From Octopus sinensis (taxonomy: Eukaryota), in assembly GCF_006345805.1 (NCBI RefSeq), contig NC_043002.1, positions 8,122,001 through 8,186,000 on the forward strand: a stretch of 64,000 nucleotides of DNA. The letters are read 5' to 3'. The translations under genes were made by a program, and so were the position numbers. Numbering within the stretch: position 1 is the stretch's first letter; every line of letters starts with the position of its first letter. Of the stretch, positions 58,536 to 64,000 are shown one piece after another. The notes beneath the pieces are model-generated. The model had not been told where the DNA came from and searched no databases. It saw nothing but the letters and a program-made list of their open reading frames with translations.

Positions 58536-59939
58536 CCACATTACTCCACAAAGAAAAACTGAATGTGAAACATTCAAACGGTTAGAAAAGCAGATGAATC
58601 TCATTCGAATGAGATACATTAAACAATGTCGTCTAAATCTGCTGTCTCTGAATAAAAGCTGGAGTAGTCCCGGATCTTTTCGGTTTGAACGGCAGTTTTT
58701 TTCTAGCGGTGTCATGAAATTGTCACCCATAATTATGATCCTAGTATCGATCTATTGCATTTCAATCTGTTTTAGGGTTAGAGGTGGGGGGAAGGGTATC
58801 TTTTTTTTTTTTTTTCAGAAATGTAAATAAACCCAATCTGTTTCTTAAACGAGGAACATATTCATACGGCACAGAATGTTTTCACCTCAATAGACGTCAC
58901 TGATTGGTTGAAATTGCAGAAATTGAAGAAAAAAAAAACAACAAATATCTTACAAACCATAGAATTTTCTCAATAAAGCCATGAGAAAAAGATGTTTTAT
59001 TTGACACATTCTACCAGTATATGAAGTTTAAAAGTGTTTAGTTACGTGGAAATTATTATAACTAATTAGAAGCCTCTGCGTGGTCACTTGGACAGCGAGT
59101 AATAGCAGTCAAATCTCCCCAAATTCCACTCTGCTACCTCTGGAAAGGGAAGAATGTGGATAATATAAACCTAGATGCACAATGTACGGAAATAAACAAA
59201 ATGATGGAATAATTAAAGGCTTTCCTACGGCTTAAGAACAACCATAAATATAATTGTTTAGTATTTGTCATCTTTATTTTGTTTTTCCCACCTTTCTTCT
59301 CTTCATCAAATTCCTAATATAAGTCATCATCATCATCATCGTTTAACGTCCACTTTCCATGCTAGCATGAGTTGGACGATTTTGACTGAGGGCTGGCAAA
59401 CCAGATGGCTGCACCAGGTTCCAATCTTGATTTGGCAGAGTTTCTACAGCTGGATGCCCTTCCTAATGCCAACCACTCCGAGAGTGTAGTGGGTGCTTTT
59501 TACGTGCCACCAGCACGATGGCCAGTCAGGCGATATTGGCAATGACCTCGCTCGTATCCTTTTTTTTTTTTTTTTTACACATGCCACCAGCACAGGTGCC
59601 AGTAAGGCGACGTTGGTAATGATCACGCTCGAATGGTGCCCTTTTACGTGCCACTGGCACGGAAGCCAGTTGGCTGCTCTGGCAACGATCACGCTCGGAT
59701 GGTGCTCTTGGCACCCTACTAGCACAAGCACAAGTGCCAGTAAGGCGACAGGAAAATATTAATGCTAAAAGAAACTGTTCAACTGAAGTTATGTTATTTA
59801 TATTTTGCCAAAAGGTTCTTTGATGGCAGTAAAGGAAAATGGCCCATTCAGATCAATATCCTTATCCTTTTGTTAAACTTAGATGTTCTCTCACTTTATT
59901 TCATGCTTTAAATCACCATGTTCCACTGTTTGTTTGCCT

Positions 59940-61460
59940 TGACAGAGTGAGCATGTAGCATTGACTAATCTCCCTCAATCTCACCAGGTGTGTATTTGAA
60001 ACTGACTCCAAGAGGAGCATATGCCACATGCTGTTCCATTTGATGCTTCTTTGGAGTGCATTCTCCCATATTATCCATTGTCCCAGGATTGGGATCTTTT
60101 TGGTTTGAACGGCAGTTTTTAACGTAATTTCTAGGTAACTAAAAAATTTTAAACTTCGTATACTGGTAGAATGTGTTTATAAAACATCTTTTTCTCTTGG
60201 CTTTATTGAGAAAATTCTATAGTTTGTAAGATTTTTTTTTTCTGCAATTTCAACCAATCACTGACGTCTATTGAGGTAAAAAAAACATTCTGTGCCGTAT
60301 GAATATGTCACTCGTTTAAGAAACAGATTGGGTTTATTTACATTTGTGAAGAAAAAAAGATACCCTTCCCCCACCCCTAACCCTAACCCTAAAACAGATT
60401 GAAATGCAATAGATTGATACTAGGGTCATAATTATGGGTGACAATTTCATATGACACCACTAGAAAAAACTGCCGTTCAAACCGAAAAGATCCCAGGATT
60501 GTCTTCTGCATTCTTTAGGCATTCTCCCTTTCTGAATTACTTATGCGGCACGAAGTTTTGTCAGTGAACAGGTCGCGGTCTCAAAGCGACGAAAATATTT
60601 TGACAAATTAAATTTAAATGTTAAAGTGAATCTAACGGTTTTTGTGTGTTTCTTAAATGGCTTATAAACCCCTTCCACACTGCAATTGTTTTCGTTCCAG
60701 CACACGATCTCAGATCAAGTCACTCGCTATGCAAGTACATCGCCGTAATTATGCATTCTTCCTTTCTGAATTACTATGGGATCTTTTCGGTTTGAGCGGC
60801 GTCATATGAAATTGTCACCCATAATTATGACCCTAGTATCGATCTATTGCATTTCAATCTGTTTTAGGGTTAGGGGTGGGAGGAAGGGTGTCTTTTTTTC
60901 TTCACAAATGTAAATAAACCCAATCTGTTTCTTAAACAAGGGACATTTTTCATACGGCAGTGAATGTTTTTTTACCTCAATATATGTCATTGATTGGTTG
61001 AAATTGCAGAAATTGAAGAAAAAAAGCAACAAATATCTTACAAACTATAGAATTTTCTCAATAAAGCCAAGAGAAAAAGATGTTTTATAAACACATTCTA
61101 CCAGTATTTGAAGTTTAAAATTTTTTAGTTACCTAGAAATTATGTTAAAAACTGTCGTTCAAACCGAAAACATCCTTACTATGTCCCTCTTTAATTTCCC
61201 TTTTGTCTTTCTCCGCCACCCTTCCACTGAGCTTATGTTTTACCTATTAAGACTGTGCATGTCCTGTTCTTTCCTCAAACATGCAGTTCTTCTTTGCTAC
61301 ACCTTCTGCCTCTAGAACCTTCCATTGTCGGCCGGTTCTCTGGTTAGGTTCTATTGATCTCACTACTTTATCTCTGGAATTCTCAACGTACACAAATGCC
61401 TTCCTTTTCTAACCTTGTACTCCTCCATGTTGGACTGCAAGAGTAGCTTCACCATTCCTT
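59940..61460 (-). mobile_element. HERO-like (RLE) non-LTR retrotransposon remnant, interrupted by two MITEs and a short insert
   Basis: After removing the inserts the sequence reads ...GQWIIWENALQRSIKWNSMWH..PLGVSF, similar to the GQWT.WE..LQR...W.DIW..P.RISF segment of HERO-type ORFs (recalled, not searched). Confidence 0.6.
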
Positions 61461-62799
61461 GATGACTGTAGAAAGCAACATCAATGAAGCCAGGTGGGAC
61501 ACCATACTATTTCCCTGTGTATTTAAACCCTTTCGTTATAGTATTTATTTTGAGATGCTCTGTGTTTCTTTCAATTATTTAAAATATAACAAAGAATTTA
61601 GTAAAAATAACTTCGTTATCATTAAGCTAGTGTTAGGAATATAAATTGCGACTAAAGTTTGGTGGTATATTTTGATGCAAAACTTATGAAAACAAGACAT
61701 TTATACTACAGAGCCTACAGAGCCAGAGCCAGTTTTGGCCGGGTTGGTAACGAAAGGGTTAATTTCAACCTCATTATTTCCACTGTGCCAATACTAATAA
61801 TGTATATCTGTAGAGATAATAACATGAACTGCAAATGCCAGACCTCCTGTTAGTCAGAGATGCCACATATATCTATTACTTGGCTTCATTTCTCCAATGT
61901 AGAATTACTCTATTGAAGTATTTCATCCAAATGTTCAATGGTGTGTAACATCTTTCCTCATACAATAATTTACAATTGTTTGAATTCAAATGGGTTTGAA
62001 AGAAAAATGGTTTCTTTTGACCAGGTACATACGAGGACTAATATTGTGGCAGATGGAGAATGGTATGCTTCATTGTATCATAAGGCGGCGAGCTGGCAGA
62101 ATCATTAGCATGTCAGGCGAAATGCTTAGCAGTATTTCGTCTGCCGCTATGTTCTGAGTTCAAATTTCACCGAGGACGACTTTGCCTTTCATCCTTTCGG
62201 GGTCGATTAAATAAGTACCAGTTACGCACTGGGGTCGATATAATCGACTTAATCCATTTGTCTGTCCCTGTTTGTCCTCTCTGTGTTTAGCCCCTTGTGG
62301 GTAGTAAAGAAATAGGTATTTCGTCTGCCGCTGCGTTCTGAGTTCAAATTCCACCGAGGTCGACTTAGCCTTTCATCCTTTCGGGGTCGATTAAATAAGT
62401 ACCAGTTACGCACTGTGGTCAATGTAATCGACTTAATACCTATGTCTGTCCTTGTTTGTCCCCTCTATGTTTAGCCCCTTGTGGGTAGTAAAGAAATAGG
62501 TATGCTTCATTATGTTACTGATACTGAGAAGATGGAAGGGAAAATTTTTATACCAAAATACTCTAACTGTTTAGTCATCTTACCTATGAGGTACATTCCA
62601 GAAGTTTTGAGACTGTTTCTAGGAGAGTTAAATGTCCTAGATTATTGTAATTTTAGTATATCATTACTCTACATGTAATAAGCTGGCCTGCCAGCTTTTT
62701 TAATTCTTGATTGAAGGATATGGCTGAAAGAGCACTTTGAAGATACCCTTCTAAACACTGCTTATCACACCTGACTAGTTTGCTGAAAACAATCAGGAC

Positions 62800-63100
62800 A
62801 TGAAGGTAATTTAGAAGCTCGTTATGCAAATAAGTTTTGGATTAAACTGAGCAAAAACTCTACAGAAACTTATGAAATACTCCAGATTACTTATAGATTA
62901 TCTTCTTTGAGACAAGCATCTGGTTCTTGCTGGCACCAGAGATTCAAGGACAGTAAAGAGGAGGTGAGAGACAACAAGAGGTGTGAGAGGGGGAACGATG
63001 TTGGAACATCAGAACTGATTGAGGAATTTCATAATTTTCTGGATGAAAGACTGTTGTGTGTCTATAAAGATGATAAGCATAGTGTGGGAAAATGTATATA
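62800..63100 (+). mobile_element. Mariner transposase N-terminal HTH fragment, pseudogene
   Basis: EARYA.KFWIKLSKNSTETYEILQ...WHQRFKDSKEEVRD resembles the mariner HTH domain. Confidence 0.7.
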
Positions 63101-63839
63101 GGATTATTTATGATTATTCGTACTTTTTGTTCCCAAGGTGCTCAGTGTTGGAGAGAAGGAAGAGAAGACGTGTTGGTGACAGCAGGAGATAGTTGAGATC
63201 ATTACCTCCAGTCCATGGGTACTTGTGTTTCTGTGGTAAAGGCGGACAAGAGAAACAACAATTAGAAGGACAGGCAAAAAGAGACGGGTCATTCTTGGCT
63301 TTCTTTCTTCAGTCAAGTACCAGAAGTCGAAAAAAATATAAATATAAATATATATATATATATAACCCTCGTGGCCGATGCCAGCCTCGCCTGGCACCAG
63401 TGCAGGTGGCGCGTAAAAAGCACCTACTACACTCTCGGAGTGGTTGGCGTTAGGAAGGGCATCCAGCTGTAGAAACTTTGCCAGATCAGACCGGAGCCTG
63501 GTGCAGCCTTCTGGCTTGCCAGATCCCCAGTCGAACCATCCAACCCATGCTAGCATGGAAAACGGATGTTAAACGATGATGATGATGATGATGATAAATA
63601 TATATAAATACAAATATATATAAATATAAATATATATATATATAAATAAATATAAATATATATATATATATATAACCCTAACATATATCATCATCATCAT
63701 CATCATTGTTTAACATCCGTTTTCCATGCTGGTATGGGTTTGACGGTTTGACTGAGGACTGGTGAGCCAGATGGCTGCACCGGCTCCAATCTGATCTGGC
63801 AGAGTTTCTACAGCTGGATGCCCTTCTTAATGGTTATGT

Positions 63840-63950
63840 TCGTACACATGCATCATACTGTCTACCTTTTACTCTGAGTGAGAGGCCCTTTGTCACCAGC
63901 AGAGGTAGGAGCTCCCTGAACTTTGCCCAGCCTATTCTTATACTGTACAT
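63840..63950 (-). mobile_element. RTE RT-downstream fragment
   Basis: RIGWAKFRELLPLLVTKGLSLRVKGRQYDACVR. Confidence 0.75.
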
Positions 63951-64000
63951 TTAAACACAAAGGAGGCGACCCTAAACAGGACACCTTACACACCAGAAAG

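Noticed and set aside
58456-58830. 124-aa + strand ORF as a divergent gene
   Set aside because: Its C-terminal third is MITE M1 sequence and no protein motif is recognisable.

Overview
Repeat-saturated metazoan genomic DNA. The SINE/RTE families and microsatellite load suggest a coleoid cephalopod such as Octopus; this is inference, not a database result. One intact host gene is present: diphosphomevalonate decarboxylase (MVD), minus strand, with 11 coding exons from 58180 to 30744. All introns are GT-AG, and the exons sum to 1197 nt (398 aa). The rest is mobile or repetitive DNA: a Helitron 3' end, a Dong/R4-type LINE in a TAA microsatellite, a CR1-type LINE, a Naiad-type Penelope-like element (PLE) with inverted terminal repeats, HERO, RTE and mariner fragments, about 25 RTE 3' tails, three tRNA-derived SINE families, two MITE families with GG termini and 8-bp TSDs (Merlin-like), and piggyBac-type TTAA MITEs. 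Signals that no ORF reveals: (i) four minimal type-I hammerhead ribozyme candidates plus two partial ones, one at the apex of a TSD-flanked palindrome whose arm boundary lies within 2 nt of the predicted cleavage site; (ii) a U6 snRNA pseudogene fused to a retroposon 3' stem-loop tail; (iii) concatemeric SINEs sharing the same junction at several loci; (iv) a circularly permuted PLE fragment. All alignments and folds were done by eye and need computational confirmation.
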